Position numbers and translations under genes: made by a program. This document shows, one piece after another, positions 41,428 through 52,208 of a stretch of 64,000 nt of DNA. The stretch lies in contig DAHXLU010000103.1 of NCBI GenBank assembly GCA_027365835.1, positions 1,260-65,259 of the forward strand, given 5' to 3'. Position 1 is the stretch's first letter; each line of letters opens with the position of its first letter. The stretch comes from Candidatus Dormiibacterota bacterium (GTDB lineage: Bacteria; Chloroflexota; Dormibacteria; Aeolococcales; Aeolococcaceae). The notes below the pieces were generated by a model. The model worked only from the letters and a program-made list of their open reading frames with translations. It had not been told where the DNA came from and searched no databases.

Positions 41428-42120
41428 TTATTGGTTCGGCACGAGCGACACACCGTTCACGGGATGCACCTCCTTCGCATTCCCTGTCGCGGACGATCCG
41501 TACGGCGTAAAACCATTCGCCAGAGGACTGACCGACCACGCCTGACGACCGCAGTCAACTAGACCAAGCCCAATGCTGAAGGAGTACGCATGAGATGAGC
41601 CAGGAAGAACAATGCGTACGTTGCCATAAGAGAGTGGGTGCGGTGGACTCTTGACCGAAGCCGGTGTCTGGCCTGGCCCAAGTTGGCAACTGAACATATC
41701 GACCAGAAACGAGGCCGTGCCACCTGGAGACAAAATCGCGACTGTGCCATGGTTGCCTGCTGGCAGCTCAGTAAACACGTATGGATACCCAGCCGGCGTC
41801 GTCCTTGTTACCGTGATTTGTGGAACACCGCTCAAATAGCAGGTCGCAGATCCGTTGTTGGTCACGACGTACCAACCCGGGAAACTACCAGCTCCAGCTG
41901 CACCGCTTTGATCGTATCCGAGGGAAAGGCTCCGGGCGCGGCACCTGGCATCCGCTGGAATCGGCGTGGCGCTGCTTGAAACAGATAGCTGCCGCTCCGG
42001 AGTGACACCGCGGCCCAAACTATCCACCCGCGCGACCCCGAACGCCACTACGGCTAATGCCACTGCTCCCCCGACAGCAATGGCCATCCTGCCCGTCGAC
42101 ACTCGGCCCAGTCTTTTCAT
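41428..42120 (-). CDS. Secreted DUF4232-like protein (paralog, convergent)
   Basis: Signal/transmembrane helix followed by a C...L...GAAG...V.N.GS..C.L.G.P pattern. Confidence 0.6.
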   Translation of the reverse strand: MKRLGRVSTGRMAIAVGGAVALAVVAFGVARVDSLGRGVTPERQLSVSSSATPIPADARCRARSLSLGYDQSGAAGAGSFPGWYVVTNNGSATCYLSGVPQITVTRTTPAGYPYVFTELPAGNHGTVAILSPGGTASFLVDMFSCQLGPGQTPASVKSPPHPLSYGNVRIVLPGSSHAYSFSIGLGLVDCGRQAWSVSPLANGFTPYGSSATGNAKEVHPVNGVSLVPNQ

Positions 42121-42459
42121 CCTGGCTATCTCCTCTCGCTATTGGCTAACTGCCCATCATCGGAAAAGGTTCTGTCATCCTTCGATCTCCTTTCTTGGGA
42201 TCCAGTCTGACTGGATTTCGGCTGGAGCAGAGCAACGACCAATGGCACCGGTGGGCTTGTGGACTTGAGCTCCAGATACTTTCGGCAATCCCCGGGGCGG
42301 ATCCCTGCTGCGCCTGTCCCTGGATGATTCCAGGCTGTCAGGCGGTCCGTGTATCTTGCTGCGCGCTTACTCATTCTCGACCCATAGTGGGGGCTGGTTC
42401 CGGAAGGGTTCTGGGAGGGGTGGACCCATCCCAGACAGCAGGGACCCGGAGGAGGGTAG

Positions 42460-44737
<2,278 letters not shown>

Positions 44738-44741
<4 letters not shown>

Positions 44742-45529
44742 CCACGGCTTATCGTCGCCCGTTGCTTGCGGGCAACTGGAAGATGAATCTGAACAGGCTG
44801 GATGCAGTTGAGCTGGTTTCTTCCCTTATGCCATCACTTGCGGAGGGGGGCTGCGACGTTCTCCTGTTGCCCCCATTTGTGCATCTCTTTCCGCTCAGTC
44901 GGCTGCTCGCAGGCACCTCCATACAGCTTGGCGCCCAGAATGTTTATTTCGAGCCTGCCGGAGCGTTTACCGGAGAGGTGTCAGCACCTATGCTGCAGGA
45001 AACGTGTGGCGCTGTTCTGGTGGGCCATTCCGAACGCAGGACAATCTTTGGTGAGACTGATGAGGTTGTGGCGAGGAAATTGCGGGCGGTACTTTCCAGC
45101 GGGATGAGCGCTGTACTTGCCGTTGGAGAATCCGGTGAAATTCGCGACAGCGGCATGAGTGCCTCCCATGTTCTCATGCAGACCGATGCAGCCCTGGGCG
45201 GGCTGGACCAGGAGCAGCTGTCAAGGTGTGTGATTGCATATGAGCCGATCTGGGCGATAGGTACGGGAAAGTCAGCAACTCAGGCCGAAGTTGGCGAGAT
45301 GGTGACTGCTTTGCGACAGCATCTTGTTGGTAGCATCGGAGCTGATGCTGAAGCACGCCTGCGGATTCTCTATGGGGGTAGTGTCACTCCCGCCAACGCA
45401 GCTGGGCTCTTTGCCATCCCGGGTGTGGACGGAGCACTGGTCGGAGGTGCATCCCTGGATGCTGATGGTTTTACAGCTATTTATCATGCGCTTTGTGCCA
45501 GCACTGCCCAGGCAGATGGGGGCCAGTAG
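44738..45529 (+). CDS. tpiA: Triosephosphate isomerase
   Basis: GTGA overlap with pgk. AGNWKMN, VGHSERR and AYEPIWAIGTG motifs. Confidence 0.93.
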
Positions 45530-45530
45530 C

Positions 45531-47072
45531 ATGGGGGGAGCAGCCAGACGGCCGGTGACCCTTCTTATCCTTGATGGATTTGGGATTGCCCCTGCATCTG
45601 AAGGCAATGCGGTAGCGCTGGCGAAGACTCCTGTCTGGGACCGGCTTTGGCGAAGGTTCCCTCACGCAGAGCTGGCAGCAAGTGGAGAGGCGGTGGGGTT
45701 GCCTGCTGGGCAGCAGGGCAATTCTGAGGTTGGACATCTGACCATTGGGGCTGGCAGGGTAGTCCTGCAGGCGCTACCACGGATCAGCCGGGCGGTGGAG
45801 ACTGGGGAACTTTACAGCAATCCGGTTCTTGCGCCAGCACTGGAGCAGCTGGCGGAGCGCGGCGGGACACTGCATCTGGTGGGCCTGATCTCGCCGGGCG
45901 GGGTGCATAGTCACCAGGCACATGGGGTAGCTGTGACCCATATGGCTGCCCGGATGGGAGTGGCAAAAATTCGTGTTCATGCCATAACGGATGGTCGCGA
46001 TGAACCAGCAGAAAGCGGTGCCCAGTTCCTGGAGCAGTTTTGCGCTGCGATGGCACCGCGGGCCGTCATATCAACGCTTGGGGGGCGGTACTGGGGGATG
46101 GACCGGGACAAGCGCTGGGACAGGGTAGAGCGGTGGTGCCGCGTCATGATTGGGCGGGAGGGCACTGTGGTAGCAGACCCGGTCCAGCACCTGCGCCAGC
46201 AGTATGCACTTGGCATTACTGATGAATTTGTGGAGCCGGTTCTGGTCGGTGCGGATGATGGTGACGCCCGGTCCCCATGGCAGGAGCGGGATCTGGTGGT
46301 CTGTTTCAACTTTCGGCCCGACCGGATGCGCCAGCTGGTCCATGTGCTGGTGGATGAGAACTTTGACAGCTTTAACCTGTCCTTTGAGAGGCCGGCTGTC
46401 GTCACATTCACCGAGTATGAGGACAACCTGCCCGTTCAGGTTGCATTCCCCTCAAGCCCGGTGCGACATACCCTTGTAGAGGAGATCTCCGCAGCCGGCA
46501 TGCAGCAGTTTCATGTTGCAGAGACTGAAAAGTATGCGCACGTGACGTACTTCCTGAACGGAGGGGCTGAGGAGCCGGTTCCTGGCGAGACGCGTGTGCT
46601 GATCCCCTCATCGCGGGTAGCCACGTATGATCTTGCCCCAGAGATGTCAGCTGACGGCATCACTGAGACTCTCCTGGAGGCTATCTCTCAGGGGAAGTAC
46701 CAGTTTCTGGTTGCCAATTTTGCCAACCCTGACATGGTTGGGCATACGGGAAAGCTCGCAGAGACCATCCGTGCAGTGGAGGTGGTAGACGCCTGCCTTG
46801 GCCGTATCCAGGCAGCTGTGGAAAAGGCCGGTGGTGTCCTTGTTATTACAGCAGACCACGGCAACGCCGAGCACATGCTGGGCCCGGAGGGGGAGCCCGT
46901 GACATCCCATACCACCAATCCGGTTCCTCTTGTCATAGCAGGAGCAGGGGAGACGGGGGTCGAGGCAGCAGAGCTCTCTGAGGTTGCCCCTCTTGTGTTG
47001 CAGCTGCTGGAGCTGCCAGTTCCAGAGGAGATGCTCGGTGCCCGGGAGGAGACGGCAGCCAGGTCGACCTGA
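45531..47072 (+). CDS. gpmI: 2,3-bisphosphoglycerate-independent phosphoglycerate mutase
   Basis: ATG 2 nt after the tpiA stop. LLILDGFG, HLVGLISPGGVHS and ITADHGNAE motifs. Confidence 0.9.
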   Translation: MGGAARRPVTLLILDGFGIAPASEGNAVALAKTPVWDRLWRRFPHAELAASGEAVGLPAGQQGNSEVGHLTIGAGRVVLQALPRISRAVETGELYSNPVLAPALEQLAERGGTLHLVGLISPGGVHSHQAHGVAVTHMAARMGVAKIRVHAITDGRDEPAESGAQFLEQFCAAMAPRAVISTLGGRYWGMDRDKRWDRVERWCRVMIGREGTVVADPVQHLRQQYALGITDEFVEPVLVGADDGDARSPWQERDLVVCFNFRPDRMRQLVHVLVDENFDSFNLSFERPAVVTFTEYEDNLPVQVAFPSSPVRHTLVEEISAAGMQQFHVAETEKYAHVTYFLNGGAEEPVPGETRVLIPSSRVATYDLAPEMSADGITETLLEAISQGKYQFLVANFANPDMVGHTGKLAETIRAVEVVDACLGRIQAAVEKAGGVLVITADHGNAEHMLGPEGEPVTSHTTNPVPLVIAGAGETGVEAAELSEVAPLVLQLLELPVPEEMLGAREETAARST

Positions 47073-47229
47073 ACCCGGGGCCTGCGCACAGCTGACCTGG
47101 CTTCGCAGAGGGTTGCCATCCTTCCTCCCGGAAGTAGATGGAGGATGAGGGGAAAGCGCACCGGCTGGCGCTGATCCTGCCCGTTGCCTACGGTGGAGAC
47201 GGGCTATTTCTCTGTATACTGCAGTAGAG

Positions 47230-47463
47230 ATGAAGAATGTCATCCCTTTTCTCCAGATAGTTGCGGCCGTACTGCTTATTTTGAGCGTGTTGCTGCAGAC
47301 CCCCAAAGCCATGGGCCTTGGTGGAACGATAGGTGGTGGAAGTGACACCATGGGTGGCTACAGGCGGAGGAGGGGCTTTGAGAAGAAGCTACTGGTAGCC
47401 TCCTTTATACTGCTTGGTTTTTTTGTTCTCCTGTCGATCCTTTCACAGGCTGTTGGGGGTTGA
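47230..47463 (+). CDS. secG: Preprotein translocase subunit SecG
   Basis: 77 aa with two transmembrane helices and the central GLGGTIGGGS glycine-rich loop. Confidence 0.85.
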   Translation: MKNVIPFLQIVAAVLLILSVLLQTPKAMGLGGTIGGGSDTMGGYRRRRGFEKKLLVASFILLGFFVLLSILSQAVGG

Positions 47464-47517
47464 CGGGTTGCCTTTGATCTGGAGACAGCTCGCGGGCTGA
47501 TACAGCTCCCAATCCTG

Positions 47518-47604
47518 GCCGGGGTGGTGAAACTGGTAGACACGCAGCGTTCAGGGCGCTGTAGGCGTAAGCCTGTAAGGGTTCGATTCCCTTCCCCGGC
47601 ACCA
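47518..47604 (+). tRNA. tRNA-Leu (anticodon CAG), CCA encoded
   Basis: GCCGGGG acceptor stem, D-arm TGGTAGACACG, anticodon loop TTCAGGG, long variable arm, T-arm GGTTCGATTCC, 3' CACCA. Confidence 0.85.
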
Positions 47605-47705
47605 GTGGGAGATCTGAACCTCTGCTCGAAAAGTGGCTGAACCACGCAGAAGTGGCACCCCTGTTAACGAGCGTGGCGGAGCGTATGCGATTTTTCGGGG
47701 GTCAG

Positions 47706-47728
47706 ACAGGAATGCCTTCCTGTTTTTA
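47706..47728 (+). terminator. Intrinsic terminator after secG/tRNA-Leu
   Basis: ACAGGAA-TGCC-TTCCTGT hairpin followed by TTTTTA. Confidence 0.6.
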
Positions 47729-48241
47729 GGGCGCACTTGCCAGAATGAGACAGTCGACAGATGCACGTGCACCCCAGATCCCCTGCGGGAATCTGGGCTC
47801 TGGAGGAGTACTCGAACCCGGTGGAGCCAGGCGACAAGCCTGACACGGTATGGACAACTGGTGGGTTCCCCTCATTGCTCCAGACTCCAGCAGTGGTGGC
47901 CCGCACCTGGACGCACCAGTCTCATCCGGAGTGAGATTGAGACCGCATAGGGCCAGCTGGCAGTGGCCTAAATCGACAACGTGTTGCCCTGCTGCGTACA
48001 GTTGCAGCAGGGGTAGCGTTCAGGTTGGCGTGGGAGGTTCGCCAGCAGAAGGAAGTGGATCTTGTGGCACTGTTGTGTCAGACTCATTGGCATCTGGTCT
48101 CGGGTCCGGCGGTGTTGCAACTCAGCCTGGGACGCGCTGCAGTTTCGAAAAATTGTATGGAGGAGTTGGGTGGACGCACCAGCCAGGATTGAATATCGGG
48201 CACCGGTTGCACCCCCAGCATCTATAGCGTTGTTTTCGTTT

Positions 48242-48643
48242 ATGTTCCTGAGCGGTCTGTTCGGGTTGATCCTAAGCCTTGTACAAGGCGGACCCTGGCT
48301 GTTCATGCTGTTGTGGATTGCCATCGTGGGTGGTTGTGCCTTTATGTTCCTCGCAGTCAACAGCCACGCGGTCGTCATTGATGACGGCATGTTCTCCTGG
48401 TGGACGGCCTTTAGTCATGGGGTTCTGCCGATGTCCGATCTAGAGAAAGTGGTTGGCTGGTGGGGCGGACAGTTACATGTGTTTGAGTTTAGGGGAGGCA
48501 AGCGGGTTCGAGTTGGGGTGATGCAGGGCTACGTCGCGTTCGTTGAACAGGTACAGGATGCCTATCCATCGTTGCTTTTTCCTCCGTTGACATACGCTCG
48601 ATTTGTGGATCACATGCGGGTGGGGCCAAGGGGCAGATGGTGA
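48242..48643 (+). CDS. Small membrane protein with a PH-like C-terminal domain (hypothetical)
   Basis: Two transmembrane helices (FMFLSGLFGLIL..., WLFMLLWIAIVGG), then a ~90-aa soluble domain. The upstream part of the listed ORF is Cys/Arg-rich junk, so the start is uncertain. Confidence 0.4.
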   Translation: MFLSGLFGLILSLVQGGPWLFMLLWIAIVGGCAFMFLAVNSHAVVIDDGMFSWWTAFSHGVLPMSDLEKVVGWWGGQLHVFEFRGGKRVRVGVMQGYVAFVEQVQDAYPSLLFPPLTYARFVDHMRVGPRGRW

Positions 48644-48961
48644 TGATAGTCATGCGCAAGGTGGAGCTGGTTGGTTGAGGACAATGCTTTGTGATCTCAC
48701 GTCAAGAGTGCAGACTGCCGGGCGAGCGCCTCTGGGCTCGCCTGCGGTAAGGCACCGAATGGAGGGACCGCTTCTTCTGCACTGATGGGCTACCTGACCA
48801 TTGACCATGAGCTCGCTGTAGAGCGTAATGGAGCTGAACCGGAGGCGATCAACCAGGGGATCCCGGAGCCGAAGGCTGTTGCGGGCACATCACAGGGTAG
48901 TTTGAGCCTGCCTGCCGGAGAATGATGCTGATGGCAGGTCCAGTGTGGCTGGGAGACGATG

Positions 48962-50152
48962 TCAGTCCGGAGTCTGCAGTGTGTAGACGGCAGCCGCGAG
49001 CCCGACAACAACGCTGGGCAGAAGCGCTACCGGGGTAGCCTGGTTAATGTTGCCGCCCCGGCCAAAAAGGACAAGGACGTAGTAGAGGATTGTGTCCAGG
49101 ACAGTGAAGGAAACGATCCAGGCAGCGGCTCCGCGCAGCAGTCGTGCCCGTATGGTCCTTGCCCTCATAATCCTGGTGGGGTAGCTTGCTGGCATTCTGA
49201 AGGTGAAACAGGAAACTGGGAGTGGTGTCACTGGCTTCACCCCGCGAGGCTGCAACGCACTTGCGCCAGATGCTGGGGCTTGCGGTTGCTGCGACAGAAG
49301 CCCTGTGGGGGAGAAAGAGGGCGGCAGCCATGGAGGAGTTGCTGGCGCTGCCGGAGTGGCCCCTGCCGCGCTGGATGGAGTAGCACCCTGCCCTTCCTCA
49401 GCTGCCCCCTGTAGCACCTGGAGGCCGAGGAGTAGATGGGTATGTCGGCCCACTGTCGCTACAACACTTTCTGCACCAGTCAGCGGGCTCACCAGGCTCT
49501 TGTCCCCGATGAGGATGCCGTAGCTGCCGATCCTGGCACCCAGGAAAACGCCCAGGCGGCTGTACAGCAGAATCGGGCTGTGCCAGAATTCATCTGCCGT
49601 AAAGTAGGTTGGTGCGGTGAGGCTCCCGGTTATCACCTGGCACGAGCGCGCCCTTTGCTCCCGGTAGCACTGTACAGGCAGTAGTGCTGCTACCGCCGCG
49701 AGCAGGCCGCCAACTGCAATTCCTAGCGGACTTGGTGCCTGCGCTGCCATTCGCAGTGTGACGACAATCAGGGCAACGCAAACTACCGTGCCCATAAGTA
49801 TGTACTGGGTAAGGTGGTTGCTCTGGTGGCTAGCCAGCACCCCCCTGGAATTTTCCTGCAACACTGGATGCTGGGGGGCGACAGCGACAAGTGCACTGAG
49901 GGCCATTCCTGCAGGAGAGGAAAGATTGGCCGGACTGGTTTGGTCGAATGCGGGGGGCGGTCCGGACGCCGCCGGTGGCTGGGGCTGGGGCTGGGGCTGG
50001 GGCTGGGGCTGGGGCTGGGGCTGGGGCTGGGGCTGGGGCTGGGGCTGGGGCTGGGGCACCTCGCCAGCTGGATCCTTCGTTGTCACGCCACTCCTGCAGC
50101 GCGTGCCCCGGCTAGTCCGGACAGCGGGGCTGGGAGCAGGGGTGTGTGCCAT
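48962..50152 (-). CDS. Membrane protein with an N-terminal (PQ)13 repeat (hypothetical)
   Basis: Longest ORF in the interval, 40 nt downstream of and co-directional with the MarP-like gene. (PQ)13 encoded by (GGCTGG)13, a Pro-rich linker, then several transmembrane helices. Plus-strand alternatives are Trp/Cys/Arg-rich junk. Confidence 0.45.
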   Translation of the reverse strand: MAHTPAPSPAVRTSRGTRCRSGVTTKDPAGEVPQPQPQPQPQPQPQPQPQPQPQPQPQPPAASGPPPAFDQTSPANLSSPAGMALSALVAVAPQHPVLQENSRGVLASHQSNHLTQYILMGTVVCVALIVVTLRMAAQAPSPLGIAVGGLLAAVAALLPVQCYREQRARSCQVITGSLTAPTYFTADEFWHSPILLYSRLGVFLGARIGSYGILIGDKSLVSPLTGAESVVATVGRHTHLLLGLQVLQGAAEEGQGATPSSAAGATPAAPATPPWLPPSFSPTGLLSQQPQAPASGASALQPRGVKPVTPLPVSCFTFRMPASYPTRIMRARTIRARLLRGAAAWIVSFTVLDTILYYVLVLFGRGGNINQATPVALLPSVVVGLAAAVYTLQTPD

Positions 50153-50191
50153 GCCAGGGAGCAGGCCGTTTCCATGGACATGTAAACCACC

Positions 50192-51382
50192 CTATCCATT
50201 GGCACAGCTTTGGGTGCTGACTGCTGTTGTGCTCCCAAGGCCAGCATGGATGTCGGGCTCTATCTGACCGACACTCAGCGCGTATCCCTCGTTGGGATAG
50301 ATCGTGCTTGCAGCAAATACCATTCCGATCACAGCTCCATTATCTGCTACCAGTGGACCGCCAGAGTTGCCAGGAATCACCCTGGCCGCTATGGCTTCAA
50401 TCTCCCGGGTGACCAGGGCATTCCCATAAATGTCCCAGCCTTCAGCTTCCTCGCTACCCCGTACTGCTGCAGGTACGACCTGCTCCACCCCGCCCCCAGG
50501 ATAGCCGATTACAGCGCCAGTGGTTCCCCTGGAGGGCAGGACTGTCTGTACCGGCAGAGCCGGAGACGAAAGCCCTGGCACATAGAGCACCGCTACATCG
50601 ACCTTGGGGTCAAAGAAGACGACGGTAGCCGGGTAGTCTCCGTTTTCAGGCCCAAACACCATCACATTGGCACCGCCTGCGACAACGTGGGCATTGGTGA
50701 CTATGTAGTGGGGGGCAGCAGGCCAGCCGGAGCCTGATTCGATCCCGCCACATCCCCGTGCAACCACCTTGACTGTCAGGCCCGCATCGCGGATGATCCC
50801 TTTTGTGTTGGCGCTCGCCGGGATCTGTACGGGTGGCAGAAACTTCTGGTAGATCGTGGCGAATGGGTCAGGAAAGCTGTTTCCCTGCAGGACGGAACTG
50901 ACCGATCCCAGAAAGCCAGGTGGGCGCGGCGCCAGGTGGTCCAGCCAGGTTTCGATTGTGGAGCCCCGGATCTGCCGGTCCAGCGCCGGGATTGGGCTGC
51001 CGACAAAGATCAGCCCGAGATACCAGCAGAAGGCAAGGGTGGCCAGGCCCGCCAGCAGGCTCCCCCCAGCAGAATCAGTGGTGATCCATCTTGCCCTTGA
51101 GCGGATGGTAGCCGAGCGCAGAGTGAAGCCGATCGTGGTGCCGATGCCCTCGACGATGAGGATGCAGCCCAGGAATACACCGCTCCCGATAAATGCCCGG
51201 GCGCTGTTGTTGCCGTGGGATAGTGCTGTTGCCAGCGGTGGGGCTACCAGGGCTCCAAGGACTGTACCAGCTACGATACCCGCCACCGAGAGCCCCACCC
51301 AGGTCATGCCACGCTGGTATCCGGCAAAGGCGCAGAGCGCGACCACGATCAGGATGATGATATCGAGTATGTCCATAGGCAC
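50192..51382 (-). CDS. MarP-like membrane serine protease (CvpA domain fused to trypsin-like S1 domain)
   Basis: N-terminal 4-TM CvpA domain, then an S1 protease with the IVTNAHVV (His), Asp and GNSGGPL (Ser) triad motifs. Confidence 0.85.
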   Translation of the reverse strand: MPMDILDIIILIVVALCAFAGYQRGMTWVGLSVAGIVAGTVLGALVAPPLATALSHGNNSARAFIGSGVFLGCILIVEGIGTTIGFTLRSATIRSRARWITTDSAGGSLLAGLATLAFCWYLGLIFVGSPIPALDRQIRGSTIETWLDHLAPRPPGFLGSVSSVLQGNSFPDPFATIYQKFLPPVQIPASANTKGIIRDAGLTVKVVARGCGGIESGSGWPAAPHYIVTNAHVVAGGANVMVFGPENGDYPATVVFFDPKVDVAVLYVPGLSSPALPVQTVLPSRGTTGAVIGYPGGGVEQVVPAAVRGSEEAEGWDIYGNALVTREIEAIAARVIPGNSGGPLVADNGAVIGMVFAASTIYPNEGYALSVGQIEPDIHAGLGSTTAVSTQSCANG

Positions 51383-51472
51383 TTAAATAGTCTGAATGGT
51401 GAACCGTGCTTAGCCACTGTTTGGTTACCCGATGCTGCGGGAAGGGGTGGTCGCAGTGGCTTGCACTAGACA

Positions 51473-52028
51473 GTGTGGGGTATGGCAAGCAGTTCTGCCC
51501 ACTACCTTTTTCTCCGTGCGGTGAATGTGGGCAAGCGCCGGGTGCCCATGGACTTGCTCCGTGAGCACTTTTCAAGGGCTGGTCTTGGCACTGTAACCAC
51601 TCATCTCCAGACCGGCAATGTAATGCTTGAAAATTGCCCCGTCCCCGTGCAGCGACTGGAGAGCACATGCGAAACCATTCTGGCAGAACAGTTTGGGTTC
51701 CCTGTCCCGGTCGATGTCCGGACGGCTGCAGAGCTTTCCCATATCGTCCTTGAATCGGGTCCTGTAGTTCCCCTGGATTCTGCCGACAGCCTGTATGTCC
51801 CGTTTTTCAGGAACTCCCATTCCCACTGCTGAACCGTTTCCCCGCCTGCCGGATGGACCCATAAGGGTGGTTGCCATCCTTGGGAAAAGCGTACTCACAC
51901 AGACCTCACCGATCCCCAAGGGCACGTCATTTCCCAATCCGTTCCTTGAGCGTATCTGGCGGGCAGAGGCAACCTCCCGCAATATCCGTGTTATAGCAGC
52001 CTTGCTGGCCAAGGCTGGAGAGCATTGA
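51473..52028 (+). pseudogene. DUF1697 family gene interrupted by a frameshift
   Basis: 51473..51832 encodes the DUF1697 N-terminal signature (YLFLRAVNVGKRRVPM...QTGNVM). 51795..52028 in another frame encodes the C-terminal part (...ERIWRAEATSRNIRVIAALLAKAGE). Confidence 0.6.
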
Positions 52029-52106
52029 TAACCGGATGGGGAGTCCCGGGTTTTCTGGTGAGGCCTTTGCGCATACCTGACTGCTAGCTGTTCTGGAGGC
52101 AGCATA

Positions 52107-52118
52107 GGGGGGGGGGGG
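52107..52118. repeat. G12 homopolymer tract
   Basis: Twelve consecutive G in an intergenic position, 2 nt upstream of an ATG opening a 42-codon ORF. Confidence 0.9.
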
Positions 52119-52208
52119 CGATGCCAGAACGCGATGTTCCGTCCGGATCCGACCGAGGTCCCGCAGCTGCGCAAGGTGAGCCCCAGATCCTGTGGCCAAG
52201 CCGACTGG

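Noticed and set aside
47800-47840. tRNA-like T-loop (GGTTCGAGT) and GCTCCACC on the minus strand, considered as a tRNA or tmRNA 3' end
   Set aside because: The order of elements (acceptor-like before the T-loop) does not fold into a tRNA or tmRNA 3' domain. Kept only as part of the unassigned non-coding region finding.
49977-50054. Tandem repeat considered as a CRISPR-like or minisatellite array
   Set aside because: The unit is only 6 nt, with no spacers. It is a simple in-frame microsatellite.
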